From assembly GCF_009914755.1 (NCBI RefSeq), contig NC_060936.1: a stretch of 64,000 bases of DNA, one strand, 5' to 3'. Made by a program: the position numbers and the translations under genes. This document shows, piece after piece, positions 1-13,053 of this stretch; within the stretch, counting starts at the first letter, position 1; each line of letters opens with the position of its first letter. Source of the stretch: the human T2T-CHM13v2.0 reference genome, Homo sapiens. A model generated the notes under the pieces. The model saw only the letters and a program-made list of their open reading frames with translations. It was not told where the DNA came from and did not search any database.

Positions 1-104
1 AACCCGGTACCTCAGATGGAAATGCAGAAATCACCCGTCTTCTGCGTCGCTCTGGCTGGGAGCTGTAGACCGGAGCTGTTCCTATTCGGCCATCTTGGCT
101 CCTC
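1..104 (-). mobile_element. 5' end of a young L1PA (LINE-1) element extending left out of the window
   Basis: Reverse complement reads GGAGGAGCCAAGATGGCCGAATAGGAACAGCTCCGGTCTACAGC..., the L1PA 5'UTR start with YY1 site; near-identical to 29144-29245. Confidence 0.95.
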
Positions 105-700
105 CAATTGTTTATCTTTTAAAAGTATTGTAGGGCAGCCACAGTCATGCCTTGCATGTGCCATTTCTAAACCATTCAGTATTATGATTTATTTTTAAAG
201 TAACATTTGTTATTTTTCTGATGATAATAATAAAGTTAACTCATTGTAAAGTTTGGAAAATATAGAAAAAATGTAAAGAAAATAAAAATCATACATTAGA
301 CCCACCATCAAAGATAGCTGACACTAATAAGTTGATGAATTCCCTTTCAGTATACTTATGATGCATGTAAATTTTATGCTAATTTATAATAACACCTTTT
401 TCATTTTTTAGGATAGCAAATTTGCTCCCTTTGAAATGACAATACGTGTGTCACTATCCATTGCCAATTGATTTCAGCTCCACAGGTCTTATAATTAGTG
501 TAAATCCTCAATGTCTGAATATTGACAGAGACTAAGTCACAGATGTTATCCTAAACAGAAGCTTATTTCAATATACATTATTTTCTATAAATTTAATATT
601 GTACTATATAAATTATTTTTAACTTAACTTTTTCCCACTTCATATGATACCATCACCCTTTCCCTATGCTAGAGTCTTCCCAATATGATCTTTAGTACCA

Positions 701-1107
701 TGCGTTTTAAGCTAAATTGTGTCCTCTCAAAATGTGTATGTTTATGCCCTAACCTACCAGTACTTCAGAATATGACTGGGTTTGGAGATAAGGCACACAA
801 AGAGGTGAATAAGATACAATGAGGACATCAGGATGAGCCCTAGCCAAATCTGATTGGTATCCTTATAAGAGGAAATTTAGACACACAATGAGAGACACCA
901 GGGGTGAGTGTGCATAGAGGAAAGACCATGTGGAGAGACAGCAAGAAAGCTGCCATCTGCAAGCCAAGGAAACAGGCATCAGCAGAAATCGGACCTGCCT
1001 GCATCCTGATCTTGCACTTCTAGCCTCCAGAACCGGAAGAAAATAAATTTATAATCCTAAGCCACTCAGTCTGTAGTATTTGTTACAGCAGCCTAGCAAA
1101 CTAATAT
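701..1107 (+). mobile_element. MLT1 (MaLR) solo LTR, MLT1A/B/C-like
   Basis: Typical MLT1 motifs: ...gtatccttataagagg..., gccatctgcaagccaagga, tagcctccagaac, ending gcagcctagcaaactaata. Confidence 0.8.
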
Positions 1108-1392
1108 GCTGCTTTATACAATTTATGTAGTCACTCACTTACTGTTAAGTGCCAGTTTCTCTTTTTTAAAAACAATGTTAGGATGTACATCTCTGTAAAG
1201 AAATTCTTACTGGATTATTGACTATCTTCTCAGAAGAATCTTTAAAATTTTCCCATTACAAAAATAACATATATTTATTTATGAAAATCAGAAAATAGAG
1301 CAAGAAAAAGTAGCATAATGTCATTATTCGAACACAAAGATGGTTATATTTATTGTATTTCTTTCTAATGTTGCTTTTTCTTATTTAGACAC

Positions 1393-1962
1393 TGCGATGG
1401 TTAATTTTATGTGTCAACTTGACTGGGCCATGGGATGCTGAGTTATTTGATTCAACATCCTTTCTGGGTGCATATCTGAGGGCGGTTTCTGAAGGGGACC
1501 AGCATTAGAACTTGTGGCCTGAGTAAAGCAGATGGGCCTCCCCAGTGTGAGTGGGCATCCTCTAAGCCTCTGAGGGCCTGAATACAACAGAAATGTGGAG
1601 GAAGGTTGAATTCACACTCTGTCTGACTGCCTGAGCTGGGACAGCAATCTTCTCCTGTCCTGCACACTCCTGCTTCTCAGGCCTTCAAACTTGAACTGGA
1701 ATCTATACCATCAGCCCTCTAGCTCTAAGGTCTTCAAACTAAACCACCAGCTTTCTTGAGTCTCCAGCTTGCAGATGGCAGATTATGGGACTTCTCAGCC
1801 TCTATAATTACATGAATAATAAATCTTACATATATATTACATATATACACATATATATCTCATTTAAATATATAAATTTAAATATAAAAATAATAAACAT
1901 TATATTTATATCTCAAGATTTATATATATATTTTGTTTCTCTGAGAAACCCTGACTAATACA
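1393..1962 (+). mobile_element. MLT2 (ERVL) solo LTR
   Basis: Starts tgcgatggttaattttatgtgtcaacttgactggg, ends ctgagaaaccctgactaataca, with the internal TA-rich tract typical of MLT2. Confidence 0.85.
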
Positions 1963-2193
1963 GGTACTTAAAACAATGATTGTAATCATGTTTATGATTT
2001 TTCATTTTGCTTTATAAATTTGACATAACATCATCAGCATTACTTCATATTATTGCATACTCTTAATAAGTATTTTAATGGCTCCATAGTAAGTAAGTTC
2101 ATTAAGAAAGTAAAACTAAGCCTTCCCTCACCATAATTTTCTTTCTATCTGGTGTTTAGACTTTTACTAGAGTACAGCTCAAGCTACAGATGT

Positions 2194-2665
2194 GAAAGAA
2201 ATAATAGAATAAAGAAAAGAGAGAAAGAATGGAAGGAAGAGAAAGAAAGAGAGAGAGAGAAAGAAAGAAAGAAAGAAAGAAAGAAAATGGAGGGAAGGGA
2301 GGGAGAGAGGGAGGGAGGGAAAGGAAGAGAGAGGGAGAGAAAAAGAAAGAAAGAAAGATAGAAAGAGAAAGAGAGAGAAGAGGGAGGGAGGAAGGGAGGA
2401 AGGAAGGAAGGGAGGGAGGGAAAGGGAGAGAGAGAGAGAAAGAAAGAAAGAGAAAGAAAGAAAAAAAGAAAAAGAGAAAGAAAGAAGAAAGAAAGGAAGA
2501 AAGAAAGAAGGAAAGAAAGAAAGAAAGAAAAAAGAAAGAAAGAAAGAGAGGAGGGAGAGGGAAGAAAGGAAGGAAGGAAGGGAGGGATGGAAGGAGAGAG
2601 GGAGGAAAGGGAAAGGAAAAGGAAAGGGAGAAGAAGGAAAGGGGAAAAAAAGAAAGGGAAAGACA
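2194..2665. repeat. GA-rich polypurine low-complexity tract (GAAA/GGAA/GGGA mosaic)
   Basis: About 470 bp almost entirely A/G on the + strand. Confidence 0.95.
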
Positions 2666-4423
2666 GCAGCTTAAACTGATGGCCGTTCATTTCTCTGTCA
2701 CACAACAGTCCATGGCAGGCAAGGGTTCAGGCCTCCCTCACCCTGGCCCCCCACTGTGTGCCCCAGTTGGCTACTCTAGGTCATATTATCTCCCAGCCAG
2801 CATGATGTGGAGATAGGACCAGGTGAGTGCCCTCACAATCCTTTTAATGGCAAGACCCAGGAGTGGCACACATCACTTCTACCATGTATCACTGACCTCA
2901 ACTTAACCTTATGGCCACATCAGCAATAATGGAGGGCTGGATCCTACACTTCCGATAAAAATAAAAAATATATTGACTCAATTGGCATTTATTGCACAAA
3001 CGTTGTGTGATCGAGACTTTCAGCAGTTACTTCATTTAATATTCTCTGACTAGATATCATCAGCTTGGTAGCTGGGGGTCACCAAGCCACTGCAGAGGTT
3101 AAGTAACCTTCAAGGTCTCAACATCTCCTTTATTCAGACAGAACTAATTCCAAGTCTGTTTAATTCCAAAACTACTGTTCTTCCTGGTATATTATTATTT
3201 TGTTTCTTTATTAAATTCCTAAAGATTAAACTTTAAAACTTCAAAGCATTTACTTCCAAGACTTCTGAATTTTTAAAATAATTCTTAGTGAAATAAAGAA
3301 TCTCTGTTATGCCTCCAAATACAGGTTTAGTAGAAAATATTGTCAGGTAGTTTTAGAATAAGTTCTGTCTCTGGACTTCTGGGACTAGTTAAGTAAATAA
3401 CCAGTATTTATAATGCTCCATTTGTTCCCATGTAAATTATGACAACAATAGTCATTGTTTTTCAAACGTTTCTAGATCTTAGAGAATAGACCTTTTTGTG
3501 ACAGGAAACTGGAAAAAATATCCCCCCAGATTATTCACACAAAAAATAGTGATATTGTTTTGCTAGGGGGCAAGGTCAGAGGGAAGAATTCTACCCTTCC
3601 TTCATATGATGAGAAAATAAATGGAAACATGACAAGATGGCTTACTTTTTAGGAAAACTAATGAGGCAATCAACTGCATGGCTTTCTGCTGGGAAGATTG
3701 AACTAGAATTGGAGCACCCAGGTTCACTGTCACATACAGGATTGAAGCCTTCACATCTGACACTCAACTTTGCAGGACACAAGGGACCAAAAGGGAGGAA
3801 TTTCTCCCTGTGGAGCATCAAGGAGTTTTGTAAAAGATTTTTCAACTGAGAGACATGAAAGAGGGCCTCAGAGAGGGGACATTTGGAATGGTCTCTTTTT
3901 GGAAAACCGAAGCCATAAACAAACCCTTCCCTTCTTTGGTTAAGAGTATGAGTAGATTAGATTCAGTGACAGCCTTTGTTCTCTCTCATACTATATTGCT
4001 TTTTTGAGAGTTACTGCAGCTTAAGAAAATAACTTTGTATATTTCCATTATAGAGGGTTTGGTCTGGGGAAGATAGTCAGGACAGTAGGTACACAAGGAA
4101 AGGATGGCAGCTGCTCTCCAAACATCTTTCCAGGGCTACAGAGCACGGGGTGGGTGGAGGTGGAGCTGGAGGTCAATTCTTTGGATGAAATCCTCCAGCC
4201 CTGCTTTGCCCTCCACCCTCCCACCATCACCCATGATAAGCATGGAGCATCGTTCAGGACAGAAAAGAAGAAACTCCTTCACGCCAGGCTATATGCATGT
4301 GGTAAGCCCAGCTAAAAGTAATGGACACATGAGCAAAATGTTGAGGATTTAGAATTCCAGGTGCCTCTCAGTGAAAGTGGCAATGGTTAATTGAATAGAA
4401 TACATAATCAAATAGTACAAGTA

Positions 4424-4749
<326 letters not shown>

Positions 4750-5559
4750 CTAAAAGGCTTCTACTGTTTATGTTTTATTACCTGGTTTGTTACACATCTA
4801 TTGTAAAGTGCTATTAAATTATAATAAATTAGTTTTCCCTCCACAGAAGTGTCACCTGAACATACTTAGCTGGCTCATCAGTGCCACAAATATGTAATTA
4901 TTTATCTTATTAAGCAGTTTTGTTACCTTTTACACATTGCATAGTGCTTTTTCATTAGCTTTACCTGAAAAAAAAAAGAAGAAGTAAACTATTGTAAAGT
5001 GAGAAGTTCTTAGCCATGGTTATATACTCACTAAATTCTAAAGTTTCTTGAGCCTCTGGATCCTGCTAAGAATTTTGCCTTTGATCTACAGATCAAAGAC
5101 CACAGCAAGAATCTCATTAAAGCTATGAAACTTCTCTCTAGAAAATGAATGTAAACAGAGAATGCTATATAAAATTTCAGGGGTTTTATGGATCCCCAGA
5201 AAGCCAGTCGGTGGAACCCCAGATTAAGAAACTCTGGTTTTTAAAAGGATTTTGAAAATTCTTGATAAATTATGTACAACAATAAATTTTCTGATACTCT
5301 ACACTTCACTCTTTCAGGTATTTATGCATAAGGCAAATATCTATCACTGTAATGGCAAAGATGACAGGGGTAATTTCAATCTGGATTTTGTTGGTTAAAA
5401 AAATAAATAGTGTCCTATCTCTTCAATCTTTCTACATCAACCAAAGATACATTGTTCAGTCCCTTCCCCCAGGTAAATTTTACATGAAAAAAGAAATTAC
5501 TTTGGCCACTGCAGCAATGTCAAATCCTAAAGAATTGAGAAAGCATGTCATGTTCTGAG

Positions 5560-5750
5560 ATATATTGGGTGCTTATTCTTTGCTAGACATTTGTGCTAAG
5601 CACTTTACATGCATTTTTGCATTTAATTCTCAGAATAAGCATGTGAGAAAGTCACTAGCTTATTTTTTAAATCTCCATCTTATATATAAGGAAATTGAGA
5701 GGAACTCAGTAATTTGGCTGAGGTCACACTGTTGGTGATGATGCCAGAAC
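5560..5750 (-). mobile_element. MIR SINE
   Basis: MIR core-like ctccatcttatatataaggaaattgag...ggtcacac; boundaries approximate. Confidence 0.6.
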
Positions 5751-6697
5751 TCAATTTTTCTTTTGCAATTTCTTTTGCCTGGCAACCAGGCAAAAGTCAT
5801 CAGAAACAGGTGTCTTTTATCTAAAGTTCTGTGAAGGAGGAGCAGTTTTATTTTATTTCAAAGAAACAAATGACATAAATAAATTTGCACCTGCCCTCGA
5901 TGTTGTGCAAATTTATTTATAATGAATTGCAAAGAAAGGGGAAGTAGCCCTAAATTCAGAAAATTTTAAATAATCTGAAATCAGGTATGTAACATGCAAT
6001 CCCATTTGTCCAGAAAAGAGGCCAAAGGCAGAACAGTAAATATTTTCCACAGCAAAATTATCACAAGGGTGCATGGAGTCTTCCAATCTCGAGGACACTT
6101 CCCATTTAAATGGAAACTGCAAATCACCAGGTTACCATGTGGTATAAGTCATGAGTCTATCAATCTCTTTCACTCTTCATTTGCCTTAGATTGATTTGAC
6201 TTTGTGATAATGCATCGTTCTGATCACACTGTGCCATTGTTGATATAGAGTCTCCAGAGAAAACTACAAACAGATAAAGAAGGCTGGCAGCTCAATTTTA
6301 ATAGAGTCTTAGGATGAAGAACAGTAATATTTGGGAGCATCACCAACTAATACTGGTGCCCAAGAGAACTTTCAAGATATAAGCCAGCAGTAAAATATGT
6401 GTAGAAGTGAATGGTAAGGCAGAAACTGAAAACGAATTACTATAACCACTCCAATTCATTGCAAAGTTTTGCTCCTAAGGATATAATACTCAGATGCTTA
6501 CTGAGCATTTAAATATGCAGCTAAATATGTACCACAGTGGTTAATCAAGTTGAAATACAGGGTTGGGGTTTGTATACGTGAGAAGCTGAAGTCCAGAACA
6601 GTTGAATTACTTGAGGTCTCACTGAAAATTGGTGATATTAGGGCTTATTCCAATGTCTGTTCACTATACCTCATTCCTATTCCAGTCTATTCTAGAC

Positions 6698-6915
6698 CAA
6701 GTGTCAGCAGGCATTCATTTTCTTTAAAAGTCAGATCACAAATATTTTAAGATTTCAGTTCATTTTGTCTCTGTAGCAACTACTGGGGTCTGCCATTGTA
6801 TCACAGAGCCAGCCATAGACAATAATAATGAATGGGCATGTGTTCCAATAAAACTTTATTTATAAAACAGACAGCTGGCTGGATTTTGCTGGCAGATAGT
6901 AATTTGCAACCCCTG
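6698..6915. mobile_element. MER58A-like hAT-Charlie MITE
   Basis: Imperfect TIRs caagtgtcagca / tgcaacccctg; 8-bp TSD ttctagac (6690-6697) / ctctagac (6916-6923). Confidence 0.8.
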
Positions 6916-9846
6916 CTCTAGACTACAAATTTCATCTCTGCCATTCATTAATTATAGGTTTTGAGTTAGTCAGTAGTCTCTTTCAACCTCAGTTTTATCC
7001 CCCAGTGAAGTATACTATTTTCCCAATAGTGGAAGTAATTTTTCTCAGGTAAATTGTTGAAAATGGCTTTCAATAGAATATAGTTTGGGGAATATCAGTC
7101 TTTAGATTTATAAAATCATATACAAATATTTGGGTGTATGTGTGTAAATGTACACATATAATTTATTGAATACCTATAATGTGCTACATACCCTAGCAAA
7201 CACTTTACAAATAACAGATTTGATCCTAAAAACTATCTTTCAGTGTAGATGCCAGGTGGTTGAAAGACATTAGTGAGTTTGCCAAAGCTGCATAGCACCC
7301 AAGTTGTGGAACTGTGATCAGTTGCTTCCTAAAAGCTTCACTCAGGCCCTTACACTATGCTGTCTTTCCACTGTCTTGATGAGGACAAACTACTGATTTT
7401 CTTGGGAGTTTCATGTATGTGGAGTAGAAGGCATTTTTTGTGGCAGACAACCTTCTGCCCATACTCAAACATGCACTGCGCCATGTTTTACCAGTGAGTG
7501 AAGCAACAGCACTAAAATGTAGTGTTCGTGGCTAGTGTGTGCCCCCATTCTAGTCCAGCTTCCTTTTATACTTTTAGTTGCAATGACTGTTAAGAGGACC
7601 CTGTTCTTAGAAATTTTCCCTCTACCTAAAAGATTTGGGGATCTCTGAAGAACAGAAACACCTGGGGGCTCCGACTGAGGAACAGGAATGCAAGAGGCAA
7701 AAATACATATCATCAAGACACCATACAAGAGAAATAGCCAGGGAGGGACACCACTGGGGCTGGGTTGGGAGAGGGCTCCTGGGGAGCTGCTACCCAAAGA
7801 ATGCACTGAAGACCATCTGGAGTCTGGTGCTGTAAGGGTAGCCCTTATTGTTTTCCTCATGGCTACTATATCCCGGGAAGAGAAGGGTAATACTAAAAAG
7901 CAACACTTAATTCCCCAATAAAGTAAGTGGAGCAGAGACTAGGAATTTATTTTGCTTACAGTTTGATTTCCTGGCCTGTTAATTTCTCAGAAAGAAGAAA
8001 AGGAATTTGAAAGTGAGAAATATTTACTTATGTGGGAATAAATATGCATGAAAATGCTAAACAAAAGTGCAAAACCAGTATTTATGCCCGTTTGCATGAA
8101 TTTTAAAGCAATATGAATCAAGAAAGCTCTAACATTATCATTCTGACTCTTTATAATGGGACAGAGAATACAGTTTTATATATATATATATATAATCAAA
8201 TTTTATTCTATGTATGAATAGATGCATATTATGTCAATGACTTTCTTGATGAAATAACTATTTTTTCTTGTAAATCTCATAAAAACAGTTTGAGATTATC
8301 AAAATTAAGGGATCAAGCTAGTGCATAACAAAGTAAAACATTCTAGTCTGTATATGTAAATGAGGTAACAGCAACACATTCAACATCTGTTAAATTCACA
8401 AAATATAATATTCATTTCATAAGGTTTAAAATACGGGCATGAGTATTATGAAGAGGAATATAACTGCACAGAGAGAACTCTGTGACATTTTATTATTTCA
8501 TATTTACACTCAGCTATATGTGTAAATAAACAGGTATTTTAAGATCTGTGCCAAATGAAAAAATATATATTGCTCTAGCCTGAGCTTTGATGCACATGGT
8601 GTATATATGCAGTTTAATTTCAAAAAGAAAATGATGGAGAGCCTGGAGATTATAAAAGTTGTACCTAGAGAAATGAGAAATTATCACCTTAGCCACTTTC
8701 CCTGTTGAATAGAAGTCTGGAAATGCATTCATTTTATGTCAGCAGAAAACACACCCTTGCCTTGTAAATTGTTACATATTGTAAAATACAGATTGTCTCT
8801 AATTAACAAAAAGAAAGACATTGCCTTTCCAAGTCTGGGAATGTTATCTTATAATTTTGTCACAACTGATCTTTATTTAATTGTTCCATTTTAAATATGA
8901 TTTATCTTGTTTTTGCCTCTTTGATTGCCTCCGTCTACTGTATTATAAATTGAAACCACTATTAGCAACATCACTAATTTCCCTTAAAGATCATCTGAGC
9001 TTTCAAGCTGAAACATTGCACTCAGTTTTATTTTTCATAAAATTGAAATGGTTTTAGATGGCTAATTTTTATCATTTTTAATGCAAGCCTCAAAGGTAGC
9101 CTGTTTTTTTAACAAATAAGTAATTGCTTGGACTGAAATTTTTAACTGCCATATTTCAAAGGGAAGATAATGCTAAAAGGGTGTTGGTTATAATAATTAA
9201 GCCCTTTGTTCAATCAAAAATAGACTCTAGCTAAAGGCCACTAAACTTCACAAGGTATATAACAAATCATATTTCAATTTAATGAACACAAACTTTTTTC
9301 TTCTGTGTTTAGTATTTGTCATTTAGATGCATAAATAGAGAACTAGATTAGGAATAAATTAAGCATAGAGATAATTTGTGGCAGCTCTAATCAATCGTAT
9401 CTATATGCACTGTGATTACATGAAATGAAAGGGCCATTCGCATATAAGGCTGATAAATGGCTCTAAGTCCAGAAAGAGTTTGATCTGCAGACCAGCTGTC
9501 TTTCTTTTTTTACCCAGGCAAAAAAAAAAAAAAAAAAGAAAGAAAGAAAGAAAGAAAAAGAAAGATCAACTGTTTAACTAGAAAACCTTTACCTAATATT
9601 TCAAATGAAATTTAAAATATTACAGTACTAGGTGATGTTCAATAATTAGGACTAAACACAACAGGATAACAAATATTATTCAAAACACAGAACTAAAAAC
9701 TAAAGGCGTGTGACACAGTTCATTGATGGGGAAGATACTTTCCTGGCTGATGTAGAGAAGAAATGATATGGTGCAGAGGATGATAAAATTGAAACTGAAA
9801 GCTACAACTACTCGATGAAAGGGTGAGAATGGAGTATTTACTCTGC

Positions 9847-10462
9847 TGGCAGTGGGGAGCCATTGTGGATCTCGACAGGGATTTACGTGAAGCGGGCAAC
9901 ATTTCTGAAGAGTGATCTGGCAGCTGTTGGCAGGAGAGACTGAACAGAGAAGGGTTTGAACATAGGGTTGCAAGGGAAGAATAATCGTAGTGGCTAAAGA
10001 GCACTACTGAGAAGTTGCTGAACATTGGTGGCAGTCTAATACACCTGGTCAGGTGCATTAGTCCGTTTTCACACTGCTATAAAGATAATACCTGAGATTG
10101 GATAATTTATAAACAAAAGAGGTTTAATTGACTCACAGTTACACATGGCTGAGAAGGCCTCAGGAAACTTATGATCATGGCAGAAGGTGAAGGGGAAGTA
10201 AGATGTATCTTACAGTGGCAGCAGGAGAGAAAGAGAGAGAAAGGGGGAAGCGCCAGACACTTATCAAACAACCAGATCTCATAAGAACTCAGTCACTATC
10301 ACGAGAACAGCATGGGGGAAACTGTCCCCATGATCCAATCACCTTCTACCAGGTCCCTCCCTCAACACGTGGGGATTACAATTCGGATTACAATTCGGGA
10401 TTAGATTTGGGTGGGGACACAGCCAAACCATGTCACTAGAAAAGGATGTATTGAGAGATATT
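9847..10462 (+). repeat. Source copy of a local ~225 bp duplication, interrupted by an LTR at 10054-10435
   Basis: tggcagtggggagcca...tctgaagagtgatct.gcagctgttggcaggagagactgaacagagaaggg...gagagatatt recurs at 11394-11620. Confidence 0.9.
10054..10435 (-). mobile_element. THE1D/MSTA-type MaLR solo LTR
   Basis: tgcattagtccgttttcacactgct...gggtggggacacagccaaaccatgtca is the reverse complement of a THE1/MST LTR. Confidence 0.9.
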
Positions 10463-11155
10463 ATGAAGGAAACGTTGATAGGACATCTTTCAGTTGAAAA
10501 AAAAAATTGAGAAGTTTCTAGAATTACCAACTGGGGAAGTGATTTGGGGACACGAAAGGCTACTTCTGCAAATCAGTTGAGATGGTATAAATTGTGCAAT
10601 AGTAACAGAGTCCCCAGATCTCCTATGCATAAAACACCAAAGTGTTTGTTGTTGTTTCTGTTGCCCACATACACTACCTGTCCATGGTGGTCAGCTGGTC
10701 TCTGCTCCTCCTTAAAAGCCTCACTCAGGGTCACTGCTGATAGCTGCTGCAGAAGGAAGAGAGAAGGGAAAACACACACTGTGTCTACAGCTTCTGCATA
10801 GAAGGGACACGAGACTTCCTGTTATGTTCCACTAAGAAAAGCAAGCCACATGGCTCTGCCTGGCTTCAAGGAGATGATGCTGATGATTAGTAATATAATA
10901 TATCACTTTCTCCTTTTGCAATGGGCCTAGGTATTTTATATGTAAGAACATTTTTTAGACTAGGTTCTACAAAATATGAAAAGCAATTTATTGCCTTTGT
11001 CTCTTAGAGACAAATAAATAAGTGCACCTGAGTCAATGTGAAAAGAAATAGAAATATGTGCAAGTGATAAAGAACATCCCTAGCTATGTAGTCAATTTCA
11101 TAAATATCCAATCTCCTAAATACTTGGTTTGCCATTTAATAGGACTTTCTACAAA

Positions 11156-11850
11156 TTAGTTTCATATGGCTACTGCAATAGATAACCACAAACCTGATGT
11201 CTTAACATACTGTACATTTATTCTTACAGTTCTGGAGGTTAGAAGTTCAAAATCTATTTTACTGGGCCAAAATGAAGGTGTCAGGAGGGCTGCACTCCTT
11301 TTGTAGACTGTAGGGGAGAATCTGTTCCTTGCCTTTTCCAGTTTTTGGTGGCTGCCAGCATTTCTTGGCTTGTGATTGCATCACTCCAGTCTTTGGCAGT
11401 GGGGAGCCACTGTGGATTTCAGCAGGGACTTGTGTGATGCAGGCAACATCTTCTGAAGAGTGATCTAGCAGCTGTTGGCAGGAGAGACTGAACAGAGAAG
11501 GGTCTGATCATAGGGTCACAAGGGAAAAATAATCACAGTGACTCAAGAGCACTAATTAGAAGCTGCCAACATAAGAGTTGGCAGTGGTCACGGCTAGGAA
11601 AGGATGTTTTGAGAGATATTGCCATTGCTTCTATGGTCACATTGTCTTCTTATCTTCAGTGTAAATTCCCTCTCTGCCTCTTTCTCATAAGGACTCCTGT
11701 TATTATATTTGGGCCCATACTGATAACCCGACATAACTGCCCCATCTCAAAATCCTTTATCTTTCCACATATGCAAAATCATTTTTGCCATTCACAGGTT
11801 CCCAGGATCAGGACCTCCTTATCCTTGGGGGCCATTATCCAGCCTATGGC
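11156..11850 (-). mobile_element. MLT1 (MLT1C/D-like) solo LTR interrupted by a non-MLT insertion at 11394-11620
   Basis: acagttctggaggttagaag, ggggagaatctgttccttgcc, ...gggggccattatccagccta. Confidence 0.8.
11394..11620 (+). repeat. Duplicated copy of 9847-10053 + 10436-10462
   Basis: Direct alignment by eye; long identical blocks such as gcagctgttggcaggagagactgaacagagaaggg. Confidence 0.9.
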
Positions 11851-12081
11851 ACTCATCATGGAATTACTTCTGTGGCTTCCACTGTGTTTAGATAAGCACA
11901 GGATATAAAATCAACCAATGCATCATTAACATAGACCTATGTTCAAAAACATCAGCCATAAAAAGGCTCTAAAAGAATTTTCTAATATAAGGAAAGAAGG
12001 CATCATTTTGTTTAAGGTTAGGAGGAAAGGTCAACTAAATTTCATCTAGCTTTAAAAATAGTTGGTCAAGGATGATTCTTG

Positions 12082-12343
12082 TTTTTGTCAACTTTCTCAA
12101 AATCATTGAATTTATTTGTTCAGAAATTTTTTAAGTTTTTAAAAATTTTTTTAATAGTGTCAACTTTTATTTTAAATTCAGGGGGTACATGTTTATGTTT
12201 GTTACATGAGTAAGTTGCATGATGCTGGGTTTTGGGGTATAATCGGTCCTAGTGAGCACAGTACCCAACAGTCAGTTTTTCAACCCTTATTCCCCTCCCT
12301 CCCTCCCCCGTCTAGTAGTCCCCAGTGTCTGTTGCTGCCAAGA
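12082..12343 (-). mobile_element. 5'-truncated old L1PA (L1PA15/16-like) 3' end
   Basis: aacttttattttaaattcagggggtacatgt...cccagtgtctgttgctgcca; candidate TSD gatgattcttg at 12071-12081 and 12344-12354. Confidence 0.75.
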
Positions 12344-12983
12344 GATGATTCTTGAAAGCAGGGGTGTTGCTCCTGCAGGTTGGCAGCCATCGTTTGCACA
12401 GTATGGATATTTATCCAGATGAATGAACAACAGTTTGAGACTAAGATTATGTGCAAGGTCAGTTTGCAGGTAAAGAACATGCGCAGGTAAAGAGGACAGT
12501 TATGAGGATCTAATGCAAAATTTTCAGGTTTTCAGCATCTCTTTTAAAAAATCTGTTTCTATTTATAGACTTCCAATTGTAGAAGAGCCATTATCTAAGG
12601 AATGGAGTCACTTCTGCTGTCCTTGACGTTTCTGTGTAAGTTTGACTCTGCTCTTGAACCTGTCGTTCTAATGATCGAAGGAGAATAGAAAGAAACTAAG
12701 AAAAGTCTGACATGTGTACATTAGAAAAGGAAAAAAGCTTTCTGCACAAAAAAATAGATCTAGAAAGGCAGAAAATGAAGGAAGGGGATAAAAGTTATGC
12801 CAGACTAAAGAACAAATGGGGAAAATGGGGAAAAATAATTTAAATCATTTTTCTTGCTGTTAGGAATATAATTTTTATTTGCCCCTCTTCTAAAGACTTC
12901 AGAATATATATATATATATATTCTGCAATAAACAAAAATGACACCAGTTTTCTGAGCACTTTTTTTTGCAGAAAATACACACA

Positions 12984-12984
12984 T

Positions 12985-13050
<66 letters not shown>
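12984..13050. repeat. (TA)n microsatellite
   Basis: Direct observation. Confidence 0.97.

Positions 13051-13053
<3 letters not shown>

Noticed and set aside
2152-2816. Long ORFs (173-195 aa) rich in K/E/R or F/L/S
   Set aside because: Artefacts of the stop-poor GA tract
4048-4352. Possible exon ending at gtaag (~4302)
   Set aside because: No clear acceptor and no recognisable protein; donor motif alone is insufficient
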